Of a stretch of 32,000 nucleotides of DNA, positions 1 through 8,284 are shown piece by piece (within the stretch, counting starts at the first letter, position 1; each line of letters starts with the position of its first letter). A program made the translations under genes and the position numbers. Source of the stretch: Candidatus Scalindua sp. (GTDB lineage Bacteria; Planctomycetota; Brocadiia; Brocadiales; Scalinduaceae); contig JALDRA010000001.1 of assembly GCA_031316235.1 (NCBI GenBank), positions 1,380,001 to 1,412,000 of the forward strand. The letters run 5' to 3'. The notes under the pieces were generated by a model. It worked only from the letters and a program-made list of their open reading frames with translations, searched no databases and was not told the origin of the DNA.

Positions 1-1373
1 CTTCCAACATAGTAAAGAAAACCCTCTTCGTCTGATTTTACCAGATCACCGGAGTAGACAACCTTCTCCGTAAGCAAGGTCTCTTTGGAGGCAAGAGGAT
101 TCTGCCTGAACACCTCATCTGTCTTTACCGGATCATCCCAATATCCCAGGGATATCAATGCCCCACGGTGTACAAGTTCTCCAATTTCTCCCGGCCTGCA
201 CGGCTTATCTTCTTTATCCAGAATATAAATCTCAACCCCGGGGATTGCCTTTCCGATAGAGTCCGGTCTAGACCTTACTAACGATGGGTCCAGGTACGTT
301 GACCTGTGTGCCTCAGTTAAGCCATACATCAAATACAATTGAGTTTCAGGGAAGAGATCCAAAAGTCTGAATATAGTCTGCCTGGAAAGTTTCCCGCCGG
401 AATTGGTTATGTATCTCAGGTGTGCAAAATTATCATCCTCCCTCTTGTCCTTCATTTCTGCTATTCGATTCCAGATAACGGGTACTCCAGCAACACCCGT
501 TATCTTCTGTGCTCCTATGACCTTCAACAGGTCTTCGGGAAAAAGAAAATCATGAAGCACAATCGTCCCGCCTACTTTAATCGTTGTGAGCAACTGGTCT
601 AAACCATAATCGAAACTGAAGGGCAGGATACTGAGAACAATGTCATCACTATTCATATTCAGATAATTCGAAATTATTTCTGCACCATCCATCAGGTTTT
701 GGTGGGTAGTCATTATCCCTTTTGGAGAACCGGTACAACCAGAGGTATACATGATTGTTGCAAGATCTGAAGGTATACTAAAACCGATTTGGTTTTCGGT
801 TTTACCGGAAACCAAATCTTGGTTAATGGTATACTCGCTCAAATTTATCTCGGATTTTATCCGAAATCCAGTATGAGAGGAGTATATACAGACGGTTTCA
901 ATCAAGCAGTTCTTACTCTCTTCAGGGAGCCCACAAACGGACAGTACCTTTTCTGATCGAATCTCCGGAACAGGTTCAGCGTTTTCTTCAAAAAGGAATA
1001 TTCTTGAGATGGAGGTAAATCTACGTCCCACATAATCAACAGTTCTCAGTTTAAGGCTGTTACTGATGAGTAGTTTTATCCCGCAATCATTTGAAATATG
1101 TTCCAACTGGCTCTCTTTTAAAACGGGATTTAATAAAACGAATATCCCGCCAGCTTTAACAATTGCGAAAATAGATATTGCCTCTTCGATGGATTTTGGA
1201 AGATAGAGACCGATCCGATCTCCCTGTTTTGCGCCATTTTCCCGCAGCAATACTGCAAGCTTGTCGGATAATTCATCAAGTTCTCTGTATGTTATGGATT
1301 TAGAGCCAGAAACAATGGCCTTTTTCTCTGAAAACCCTGCACAGGAGTCTCTAAGAATTGCCTGTGTTGTCAT
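1..1373 (-). CDS. AMP-dependent synthetase/ligase (acyl-CoA or acyl-carrier-protein ligase family); the 3' end runs off the window
   Basis: Absent from the ORF track because the window edge truncates it. My reverse-strand translation from the ATG at 1373-1371 stays open to base 1. It begins MTTQAILRDSCAGFSEKKAIVSGSKSITYRELDELSDKLAVLLRENGAKQGDRIGLYLP. It contains the adenylation core motifs IMYTSGCTGSPKG and YSGDLVKSDEEGFLYYVGR. The start overlaps the ACP stop by 23 nt. Confidence 0.85.
   Translation of the reverse strand, partial: MTTQAILRDSCAGFSEKKAIVSGSKSITYRELDELSDKLAVLLRENGAKQGDRIGLYLPKSIEEAISIFAIVKAGGIFVLLNPVLKESQLEHISNDCGIKLLISNSLKLRTVDYVGRRFTSISRIFLFEENAEPVPEIRSEKVLSVCGLPEESKNCLIETVCIYSSHTGFRIKSEINLSEYTINQDLVSGKTENQIGFSIPSDLATIMYTSGCTGSPKGIMTTHQNLMDGAEIISNYLNMNSDDIVLSILPFSFDYGLDQLLTTIKVGGTIVLHDFLFPEDLLKVIGAQKITGVAGVPVIWNRIAEMKDKREDDNFAHLRYITNSGGKLSRQTIFRLLDLFPETQLYLMYGLTEAHRSTYLDPSLVRSRPDSIGKAIPGVEIYILDKEDKPCRPGEIGELVHRGALISLGYWDDPVKTDEVFRQNPLASKETLLTEKVVYSGDLVKSDEEGFLYYVG
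773..889. repeat. Family-1 117-bp TIR repeat, copy A, lying inside the AMP-ligase CDS
   Basis: Bases 808-889 match 25925-26032 almost base for base, apart from a 28-nt internal indel. Examples are gaaaccaaatcttggttaatggtat and actcgctcaaatttatctcggattttatccgaaatccagtatgagaggagtata. The ends are gtatac(t) and (a)gtatatac. The copy contains a 15-bp hairpin at 786-800/804-818. Its length of 117 nt equals 39 codons. Confidence 0.8.
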
Positions 1374-1626
1374 ATTCGATTGATACATTTTTTTTTGCCA
1401 GGAGTTTGCCGATTGCATCGATCGTTTCAAAATTTCTGTGTGTCATATCATCAGTTGTGAATTCCACCCCATACACTCTCTGCAGATGAGCAACAAGTTC
1501 AAGGATATTCATCGAATCCAACAATCCACTTTCCAATAAGGATTCACGTATAGTGATACCGGTTTCCTGAGGTGTGACATCAAGAAAAGATAAAATTTCT
1601 GATTTTAGTTTTGCAATCGATGTCAT
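1351..1626 (-). CDS. Acyl carrier protein / phosphopantetheine-binding carrier protein
   Basis: The 91-aa acidic four-helix-type sequence has the attachment motif GLLDSMNILELV (Ser of the DSM motif). It is translationally coupled to the downstream AMP ligase through an overlap. Confidence 0.8.
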   Translation of the reverse strand: MTSIAKLKSEILSFLDVTPQETGITIRESLLESGLLDSMNILELVAHLQRVYGVEFTTDDMTHRNFETIDAIGKLLAKKNVSIEYDNTGNS

Positions 1627-1761
1627 GTATTACTTTCCCAGGAATTCGCCAGACGTAACCATTACCCTGTTAGAATTTTTTAAAAAGCAATTTCTGGAAA
1701 TATCTGAAATGTTTCTCAACTCCTGCCAGAGAGAATCAAATAAAAACAAAAAACAGCGATG

Positions 1762-1796
1762 GTATACTCATCTTATAGTGGGTTTCGTATAAATAC
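1762..1796. repeat. Family-1 repeat, terminal fragment (solo end)
   Basis: gtatactcatcttatagtgggtttcgtataaatac aligns with the end of copy B (acatactcatcttgcaatggttttcggataaaat) and with the reverse complement of copy C. It lies in the gap between the EBP gene and the ACP gene. Confidence 0.55.
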
Positions 1797-1812
1797 CCTC
1801 AAGGAAACATAT

Positions 1813-2886
1813 TCATTTTGCATCATCCGTCCGAATGCCATAGTCCTCCATCTTTCTATAAATAGTCGACCGGCTGACACCCAGTTTTTCTGCGGCCTCA
1901 GAGATATTGCCTCTCGTAATACTTATTGCCTGGCGAATAAAGACTTCTTCAACTTCACTCAAAGGGATTACCTCTCCTCTTTTAAGGGATACCTCCAATT
2001 TTGACAACCCAAACTCAAGAGATTCTACCATTTTAAGGTTGCTCTCTTTCACATCGGGAAAATCAAAATGTTCAGGAAGTAAGACATCATGGTTTGCGGC
2101 GGCTACCAGGATAGCCCTGCGAATAGCATTCTGGAGCTGACGGATATTTCCAGGCCAGTGATAATTTACCAGTTTTTCCATGGCACTGGAATCAACTTTA
2201 GTTATCCTTCTACCGGATAACGTATTATATCTTTTAACAAAACAATGAACTAATTCCGGGATATCATCTTTCCTCTGGCGTAACGGGGGTATTTCTATTT
2301 TAAATACGGCGATCCTGTAATAGAGATCTTCTCTGAACCTGTTCGATTGTATCTCTTCCAAAAGATCCTGATTACTCGCAGAAACAATACGTACATCTGT
2401 TTTTATGGGTTTGTTTCCACCAACTCTTTCAAAAACCTGTTCTTCAATCACCCGCAAAATTTTCGACTGAGTAGTCAGACTCATTCCATTTAATTCATCA
2501 AGAAACAATGTACCGCCATTGGCTATTTCAAATTTCCCTATATATTGTTGTGTTGCTCCCGTAAACGATCCTTTTTCATAACCAAATAGCTCACTTTCTA
2601 TCAAATTTTCAGGAATCGCTGCACAATTGATGGCGCAGAAAGGTTTTTTACTTCTTATCCCCCGGTAATGCACTGCCCGTGCAACCAATTCCTTTCCGGT
2701 ACCCGTTTCTCCTTGAATAACTACCGGAACATCACTTTCCAGAACTGTTTGTATATTCTTCAGGACATCTTTAATTTCTTTGCTGCTCCCAATGATCCTC
2801 CAGAGATCAGGTTCCTCTCTGAGTCTGAATTCCTGTTGCAACTCTGAAGAGCTTTCAGCAGTTTCTGTTGCCGTATACTTGTCCAA
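1813..2886 (-). CDS. Sigma-54-dependent transcriptional activator (bacterial enhancer-binding protein) with no N-terminal sensory or receiver domain
   Basis: Walker A is GETGTGKE. The sigma-54 contact loop is a variant, GSFTGAT (consensus GAFTGA). [10 protein letters not shown] and Walker B LFLDEL are present. The C-terminal Fis-type HTH reads [20 protein letters not shown]. Only about 30 aa precede the AAA+ core. The TTG start at 2886 is preceded by an AGGGGA Shine-Dalgarno-like site. Confidence 0.85.
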   Translation of the reverse strand: MDKYTATETAESSSELQQEFRLREEPDLWRIIGSSKEIKDVLKNIQTVLESDVPVVIQGETGTGKELVARAVHYRGIRSKKPFCAINCAAIPENLIESELFGYEKGSFTGATQQYIGKFEIANGGTLFLDELNGMSLTTQSKILRVIEEQVFERVGGNKPIKTDVRIVSASNQDLLEEIQSNRFREDLYYRIAVFKIEIPPLRQRKDDIPELVHCFVKRYNTLSGRRITKVDSSAMEKLVNYHWPGNIRQLQNAIRRAILVAAANHDVLLPEHFDFPDVKESNLKMVESLEFGLSKLEVSLKRGEVIPLSEVEEVFIRQAISITRGNISEAAEKLGVSRSTIYRKMEDYGIRTDDAK

Positions 2887-2897
2887 AATACTTTCCC

Positions 2898-3809
2898 CTA
2901 TAAAGCAATTACGGAAATTCTGTATTTATTCGCCGACTCGATAACCTGCTCCTTATCGAGTATAAGTGTCATTCCAGCCTCTATTGCCAAGGTACTTACA
3001 CCTGTTTGCCTTAAATGATCAATTGTTTCCAGGCCGATAGTTGGTAAATCAAAACGTAAATCCTGATTTTTTTTACTTACTTTGATCACCACGACATCGC
3101 CCCGTCCGAGTAAAGCGCCACGCTTTATCGTTTCGTTTGTACCATCAACTGCTTCAACCGCGAGAACTGTCTTGTTCTTAAGAACAATGCATTGCCCTAT
3201 CTCCATCCTTGCTATATCTTTTGCAATGTCCCAACCAAACTCAATATCGGCCATTTCTCTTTCCGAAGGGGTCCGTTTCGTCAGACAACCCTTCCCTGCA
3301 ACAAGATGTTTCACGTATTCAAGAGAACTCATAAGTTGAATACCATCCAAAGCCAATTCATCAGCAACAGCTTCCAATATTGAGTGATCATGTTTACTCC
3401 TTACCTTTTTGTACCACATATTAATAGTTCTTAGATCCGGCCTGAATTTCAGGTGTTTGAGCCTTGAATGAATATGCGATTTTGTTAAACCACCTGCCAT
3501 GACAGCTCTTTCAATCTGTTCGCCTTTAAAAGTCTTGATCAGCTTGCCGATCTTGGCAACGCCGACCCAGTATAATTTATCCACATATTTTTCAATTTCC
3601 GGGGAGGCCTCATCCTTAATCCCCACAGCAATTATGTCTATTCCTTTGGCCCTGGCACTTTGGGCAAAAAGTATGGGAAAACGCCCGTTGCCGGCAATCA
3701 GACCTATTCTTTCCCTGCCCCCAACTGCTTTTCTAATTGGGTTACCTTCTTCTGCAGACTCTTTATTGTCTCCCTCATTTCCGGTAACTTCTGGAGAATT
3801 ACATAACAT
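2898..3809 (-). CDS. lpxI: UDP-2,3-diacylglucosamine pyrophosphatase LpxI (DUF1009 family); start uncertain
   Basis: The conserved N-terminus [16 protein letters not shown] and the overall LpxI-like sequence fit the family, and the gene lies immediately downstream of lpxD. The only ATG, at 3809, creates a 106-nt overlap with lpxD. The conserved core starts exactly at the lpxD stop. Confidence 0.7.
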   Translation of the reverse strand: MLCNSPEVTGNEGDNKESAEEGNPIRKAVGGRERIGLIAGNGRFPILFAQSARAKGIDIIAVGIKDEASPEIEKYVDKLYWVGVAKIGKLIKTFKGEQIERAVMAGGLTKSHIHSRLKHLKFRPDLRTINMWYKKVRSKHDHSILEAVADELALDGIQLMSSLEYVKHLVAGKGCLTKRTPSEREMADIEFGWDIAKDIARMEIGQCIVLKNKTVLAVEAVDGTNETIKRGALLGRGDVVVIKVSKKNQDLRFDLPTIGLETIDHLRQTGVSTLAIEAGMTLILDKEQVIESANKYRISVIAL

Positions 3810-4753
3810 CTTCTCATCCTTTCAATCTCTATTGCCGGTGTTCCCAGATACGTGTTATCTGGAGGTAGATCCTTAATAACCCCGGACCAGCCACCGACCG
3901 TTACATTATCCCCGACAGTAACATGGCCGGCAACTCCCGCCCCCCCTGCAAGAATCACATGATTACCGATCTTAACCGAACCAGCGATACCAACCTGTGA
4001 TGTTACCAGGGTATCCTCACCAATTTCAACATTATGCGCTATAATAACCTGACTGTCAATCTTGGTTCCTCTCTTTATCCTCGTTTCTCCCAGGACCGCG
4101 CGATTTATCGTTGTATTAGCACCAACATCGACATCATCTTCGATTACCGTTGTGCCTACTTGTGGAATCTTATAGTACTTATGCCCATCCGGGGCATACC
4201 CGTATCCACTGCAACCGATCACAACATTACTGTGAATAGTCACGCGTTCACCAATTTTAGTACCGTTATAAATTACGGTATTCGGGTATAGAATGGTATC
4301 CGTTCCTATTTGACAATCATCCCCGACATAAACACCTGGATGCAAAACAACATTGTCGGCAATCCTTGTATTTTCTCCAACAAAAACGTATGGATAAACC
4401 GTTACATTGGAACCAATTTCTGCAGACTCTCCGATTGTTGCAAACCTGTCGCAGGTACCAGGATATTTTGTTTCGGGATTCATCATCAGATCCATAATCT
4501 TCGCAAATGCCAGGTACGGATTTTTGGTAACCAACAGGTTTTTATCTCCAGTCTTTATGCCTGGGGAGACAATAACGGCTGAAGCCTTCGTCTGATCGAT
4601 CTTTTTAATATATTTCTCATTAGAGACAAAGGTTATATATCCCTCGGTGGCGACATCAATAGTCATTACCCCCCTGATTCGTATATTCTCGTTTCCGAAA
4701 ACATCTCCGCCCACATAATCAGCCAGCTCTCTTAATGTTTTTTCCATCTCCAT
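3704..4753 (-). CDS. lpxD: UDP-3-O-acylglucosamine N-acyltransferase LpxD
   Basis: The N-terminal domain (LRELADYVGGDVFGNENIRIRGV) is followed by a long run of left-handed beta-helix hexapeptide repeats and a C-terminal helical tail. Confidence 0.9.
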   Translation of the reverse strand: MEMEKTLRELADYVGGDVFGNENIRIRGVMTIDVATEGYITFVSNEKYIKKIDQTKASAVIVSPGIKTGDKNLLVTKNPYLAFAKIMDLMMNPETKYPGTCDRFATIGESAEIGSNVTVYPYVFVGENTRIADNVVLHPGVYVGDDCQIGTDTILYPNTVIYNGTKIGERVTIHSNVVIGCSGYGYAPDGHKYYKIPQVGTTVIEDDVDVGANTTINRAVLGETRIKRGTKIDSQVIIAHNVEIGEDTLVTSQVGIAGSVKIGNHVILAGGAGVAGHVTVGDNVTVGGWSGVIKDLPPDNTYLGTPAIEIERMRRCYVILQKLPEMRETIKSLQKKVTQLEKQLGAGKE

Positions 4754-5678
4754 CTACTCCTGAACAGTGTGTTGAATTTCCATAAATTTTCCTGATGACA
4801 AAAAAGATACACAGCAATAAAAGCCACGCCAGAACCCCTGTTACCAGCTGGCTATCACCAAACAACCACCCCAACCTCTCCCTGATACGAACGAGAAAGA
4901 TACCATCTGCCTTCATCATAAATACCCATCCAGAATGTAAGCCAATCGAAAGATAGAGTGATTTTGTTTTGATATATGCATATGAAAGCACAACACCAAT
5001 GAGAAACAGTCCGACCATTGCAGGTACATTCTCCATGAACTGAAAAAAGAGTGGTTTGAAAAAAGCTGTTATAGTTTTCACACCTACAAATACCTGGAAT
5101 CCCCGTGAAACAGGGTAATCCGCCTGGAAAAAGTGAAGCAGGGAATAAATTAGGCTGCTCACACAAATGGCAAGAGGAACAGACATATCCTCCATAAAAG
5201 ACTTTAAAAGAAAACCCCTGAAAAAAACCTCTTCTATAAATCCTATAAGGCATCCTATTAAGAGATATGTGAGAACTTTAGAAATAACAGTCCCAGCCGA
5301 ATGATAATCACAATGAACCATGCTGGCACCGAAAAACAGCGCAATAAGATAGAAAATGAGCAGTGATCCAATGGCAAGTGAACCTCCTAAGAAAAACTGC
5401 CGACACCAGCCCGTCTCTGCTTTTATGCCCGCAAGCATCAAAGTTCCCACTTTCAGAGATTTCCTGAAGACTAAAAATACCAGTAAGGCAGTAATCATTA
5501 AAATCCTTCGCATTACCTTTCCGAAGTCGTACACACCATCCTCGTAATCAACAGTTTCTGCCAAAAAATCAACTTTTCCCACCATAAAATCCAAAGGTAT
5601 TTTCTTTATTGGTGCAAAAATACAACTGAAAATTAAAATGAGAAAAAAAATGAGAATCAGGCTCTTGTATTTTTTCAT
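4719..5678 (-). CDS. CPBP-family (CAAX/Abi) intramembrane glutamic protease
   Basis: The protein is polytopic and carries the motifs FIEEVFFRGFLL (EExxxR), LIYSLLHF and GLHSGWVF. Confidence 0.75.
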   Translation of the reverse strand: MKKYKSLILIFFLILIFSCIFAPIKKIPLDFMVGKVDFLAETVDYEDGVYDFGKVMRRILMITALLVFLVFRKSLKVGTLMLAGIKAETGWCRQFFLGGSLAIGSLLIFYLIALFFGASMVHCDYHSAGTVISKVLTYLLIGCLIGFIEEVFFRGFLLKSFMEDMSVPLAICVSSLIYSLLHFFQADYPVSRGFQVFVGVKTITAFFKPLFFQFMENVPAMVGLFLIGVVLSYAYIKTKSLYLSIGLHSGWVFMMKADGIFLVRIRERLGWLFGDSQLVTGVLAWLLLLCIFFVIRKIYGNSTHCSGVDGDGKNIKRAG

Positions 5679-5746
5679 TTATTTTTCCTGACAGAGGTAT
5701 AACCCGAACCCGGTACATTCATGTAAGGGTAATCCACAGCTTCTGT

Positions 5747-5774
5747 ATTATATAGTTTCTTCTCTAATTATCAA
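5747..5774 (-). promoter_or_regulatory. Candidate sigma-70 promoter for the CPBP-lpxD-lpxI-EBP gene string
   Basis: On the minus strand the site reads TTGATA, a 16-nt spacer, then TATAAT. It lies about 70 nt upstream of the ATG at 5678. Confidence 0.4.
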
Positions 5775-5991
5775 TAGTACAGATAAGAACATTGCCTCTC
5801 TTTAAATACCTCAGCTTCTGAGCATCTCTCACCGTTACTCAGGCAAACCTGTTATAAGTGCAGGAGGAGAAGGGGAAGAACACACATACCTATTCAGTAA
5901 CAGACCACAAGAGATCAGATACAGGACTTTCTTCCGAGGCAGAATGATTCAATAGAGTGCAACCAAAAGGACCCCTTGCATTGTTTTTGGC

Positions 5992-6019
5992 TTGACATGT
6001 AAAATTTCAAATGTATCAT
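5992..6019 (+). promoter_or_regulatory. Candidate sigma-70 promoter upstream of the putative structured RNA or leader
   Basis: The site reads TTGACA (5992-5997), a 16-nt spacer, then TATCAT (6014-6019). An alternative -10 of TAATAT lies at 6028-6033. Confidence 0.35.
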
Positions 6020-6103
6020 GGCTGTACATAATATCCGGAAAATGATGAGACGGGGCTTGAACGAAACAACTTCTTTAAGCAATGATCAAGAGAAGACTTA
6101 GGG

Positions 6104-6313
6104 TCCAGATAAAACAGCAGGGTATTGTATCGCGTTCAGGTATGACAGAAAGAACCAGTCAGATCTGTAAGGGTCGTCTGAGAACCTCGGGGAGTCAGCG
6201 AGTGAAGTGTGAAGGAAGATGCTCTGATAATAAGAAACCCGGCAAGGGCGGACGGCATCCACTCTGGCAGGAAGAGGCGAGGATGAAACATTATTTCCCT
6301 CTGAGCGTCTGGA
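6104..6313 (+). ncRNA. Candidate structured non-coding RNA or long 5' leader, family not recognised
   Basis: The stretch is GC-enriched and stop-poor, with three overlapping junk ORFs in different frames, and is embedded in AT-rich intergenic DNA. The nested helices are as follows. 6104-6110 pairs with 6307-6313. 6115-6122 pairs with 6297-6303 with one bulge. 6145-6149 pairs with 6164-6168. 6173-6180 pairs with 6249-6256, using two G.U pairs that work only on the plus strand. 6256-6260 pairs with 6281-6285, enclosing 6262-6265 paired with 6273-6276. Confidence 0.35.
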
Positions 6314-6365
6314 ATACTTAAAAGGCAATAACATTTACACAATCAGCAGAGCGGGCAAAAGCGTA

Positions 6366-6617
6366 ATGCGCAAATCACGTACAACACCCTTTAAAATAAG
6401 AGTAAAAAAATATAAACAGATTTTCGGGTGGGTCTCCTCATGTGCATTTATTGCTTCCACAATTCTGCTGATCATGTCTCTTATGGAGAGCAAATTTAAA
6501 AAAGAGTATGCAACGGTCTCTTTTATCTACTTCCTAATCTCGGTTACCTTTTTCCTATCAATAGCCGCGTTGATCGGCTACATATCGATGGTGATAGTTT
6601 CAAAAAGACATAAATAG
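6366..6617 (+). CDS. Small hypothetical membrane protein (basic N-terminus plus two predicted TM helices)
   Basis: This 83-aa ORF has two clear hydrophobic spans (WVSSCAFIASTILLIMSL and FIYFLISVTFFLSIAALIGYISMVIV). I recognised no family. Confidence 0.4.
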   Translation: MRKSRTTPFKIRVKKYKQIFGWVSSCAFIASTILLIMSLMESKFKKEYATVSFIYFLISVTFFLSIAALIGYISMVIVSKRHK

Positions 6618-6805
6618 TGTTTCCGTTCAAGCACTGAATAGAAGCCAGTTTTTCAAAACCGTGCTGTCAAACACAAAAGAACCCTTCAGACTGTCAAAGC
6701 CTGCCGACATTGTATCGCACGTGGTTTATCCCTGCCGGGATTTCAGATTATTTCTGTAAAATTAAATCAGCTGTTCTCTGAATAAAATTTTCAGTAGTAA
6801 AAGAG

Positions 6806-8284
6806 CTACCGGACTCTTCTTTGTTCGAAAATGGAATGTTCGACTCTCAACGTTTCTTCTGAAATCAAATATTCATCTACTCTTTCTGCCACCTGGCGCC
6901 CTCTGAAAACAGCATCAACAACCAAGGTTGCTCCAAGCTCAGCATCACCAGCCGCAAATATACCCGGGAGTTTAGTCATCATATTTTCATCGATTTTAAT
7001 ATTCCCTTTTCTGTTATACTCCAGTTTCAGGTCCATGAGAAGAGGACTGTGTTCACAATGCTGAAACCCGATTGAAAGAAATACCAGGTCAGCCGGGAGT
7101 ACTTTTTCGGAATCTGGTATTTCAGCACAAGTTCCACGCGAGCCGTCTTCGGGCCTGGTCCAGTCAAGCTCCACCACCTTCACCCCTGTTAACCACCCCC
7201 CGTCACCAACAAATTCTTTTGTCTGCAATTTCCAGAATCTTTTACACCCTTCTTCCTGAGAAGTACTTGTCTTGAATATTTTCGGTCTCTCCGGCCATGG
7301 ATTGCAACGAGGGCGTTTTGGGGGAGGAATATCCTGATAATAGATATGTGTCACGCTGGCAGCACCCTGACGAATACTCGTCCCGATACAATCTGAACCC
7401 GTATCTCCTCCTCCGATCACAATAACCTGTTTCCCATTTGCCGTTATCGACTCATCTTCAGGAATAACATCACCGGCAACCCTCCGGTTCTGTTGAACTA
7501 AAAAAGGGACAGCAAAGTTGACACCCTTGAGATTTCTGCCCGGGATCTCCAAATCCCTTGGAACCTGTGCACCGATACAGATAATGACGGCATCAAATGT
7601 TCGCGACAGATATCTTCCCGAAATATCAACTCCAACATTTACCGAGGTTTCGAAAATCACTCCTTCCGCCCTGAGTTGCTCCAGTCTCCTATCAAGAACC
7701 CGGCGCTCTATCTTATAATCGGGAATTCCATATCGCATCATACCTCCAACACGGTCATCTTTCTCAAATACAATAACATCGTGACCCTTCCTCGCTAATT
7801 GTTGTGCAGCTGCCAGCCCCGCAGGACCTGATCCAACAATGGCGATACGTCTACCGGTTTTGATGGCAGCAGGTTGTGGTTCGATATAACCTTCCTCCCA
7901 TCCTCGCTCAACAATCTGTTTCTCTATCTGCTTAATGGCAACCGCATTCTGATTAATCGATAAAGTGCATGCAGGTTCGCAAGGCGCGGGACACACTCTT
8001 CCCGTAAATTCCGGGAAGTTGTTCGTTGAATGTAAAAGCTTCAAAGCTCTCTTCCAGTGGCCTCGATACACCATATCGTTCCAATCCGGAATTCTATTTT
8101 TAACAGGGCACCCATAGATATGGCAGGTTGGAATACCACAGTCCATACAACGGCTTGCCTGATCTTCCAGTTCGTCGGTAGAAAGATTTCCCTCAATTTC
8201 ATTAAAATCCTTAATCCGTTCTGCAATCAGGCGTTTTGCGCCAGTCTTTCTTGCCGTTTCAAGAAAACCGGTAGGCTTACCCAT
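6806..8284 (-). CDS. gltD: Glutamate synthase (NADPH) small subunit
   Basis: The Fe-S cysteine motifs CMDCGIPTCH and CPAPCEPAC and the dinucleotide fold VGSGPAGLAAA are present. The gene overlaps the gltB stop by 8 nt. Confidence 0.9.
   Translation of the reverse strand: MGKPTGFLETARKTGAKRLIAERIKDFNEIEGNLSTDELEDQASRCMDCGIPTCHIYGCPVKNRIPDWNDMVYRGHWKRALKLLHSTNNFPEFTGRVCPAPCEPACTLSINQNAVAIKQIEKQIVERGWEEGYIEPQPAAIKTGRRIAIVGSGPAGLAAAQQLARKGHDVIVFEKDDRVGGMMRYGIPDYKIERRVLDRRLEQLRAEGVIFETSVNVGVDISGRYLSRTFDAVIICIGAQVPRDLEIPGRNLKGVNFAVPFLVQQNRRVAGDVIPEDESITANGKQVIVIGGGDTGSDCIGTSIRQGAASVTHIYYQDIPPPKRPRCNPWPERPKIFKTSTSQEEGCKRFWKLQTKEFVGDGGWLTGVKVVELDWTRPEDGSRGTCAEIPDSEKVLPADLVFLSIGFQHCEHSPLLMDLKLEYNRKGNIKIDENMMTKLPGIFAAGDAELGATLVVDAVFRGRQVAERVDEYLISEETLRVEHSIFEQRRVR

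Noticed and set aside
339-602. An 87-aa plus-strand ORF in the ORF track
   Set aside because: It lies antisense to a clearly recognisable AMP-dependent ligase CDS that carries the adenylation motifs, and it has no recognisable features of its own.
1627-1812. A sigma-54 promoter (TGGCAC-N5-TTGC) upstream of the ACP/ligase genes, expected because an EBP gene is adjacent
   Set aside because: The candidates (tggcaggagttga, tggcgaattcctgg) lack the GG-N10-GC spacing, so no convincing -24/-12 element is present.
4855-5253. A 132-aa minus-strand ORF inside the CPBP protease gene
   Set aside because: It is an alternative frame of a gene with clear CPBP motifs, and its composition is Cys/Phe-rich and implausible.
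6030-6340. Whether the candidate RNA is tmRNA, RNase P RNA, SRP RNA, or a TPP, cobalamin, glmS, c-di-GMP or fluoride riboswitch
   Set aside because: The remembered hallmark sequences are absent. These include the tRNA-like 3' end with a tag ORF, GAGGAAAGUCCGGGC, GUCCGGAAGGAAGCAGC, CUGAGA...ACCUGAUCUGGAUAAUGCCAGCG and the B12 box. The only partial resemblance is AAGAAACCCGGCAAGG to RNase P P4, and no complementary P4 strand is present.
6082-6342. Three mutually overlapping ORFs of 68-79 aa on both strands
   Set aside because: Their sequences are Arg/Ser/Gly-rich and of low plausibility. Openness in several frames at once points to compositional bias or structured RNA rather than coding sequence.
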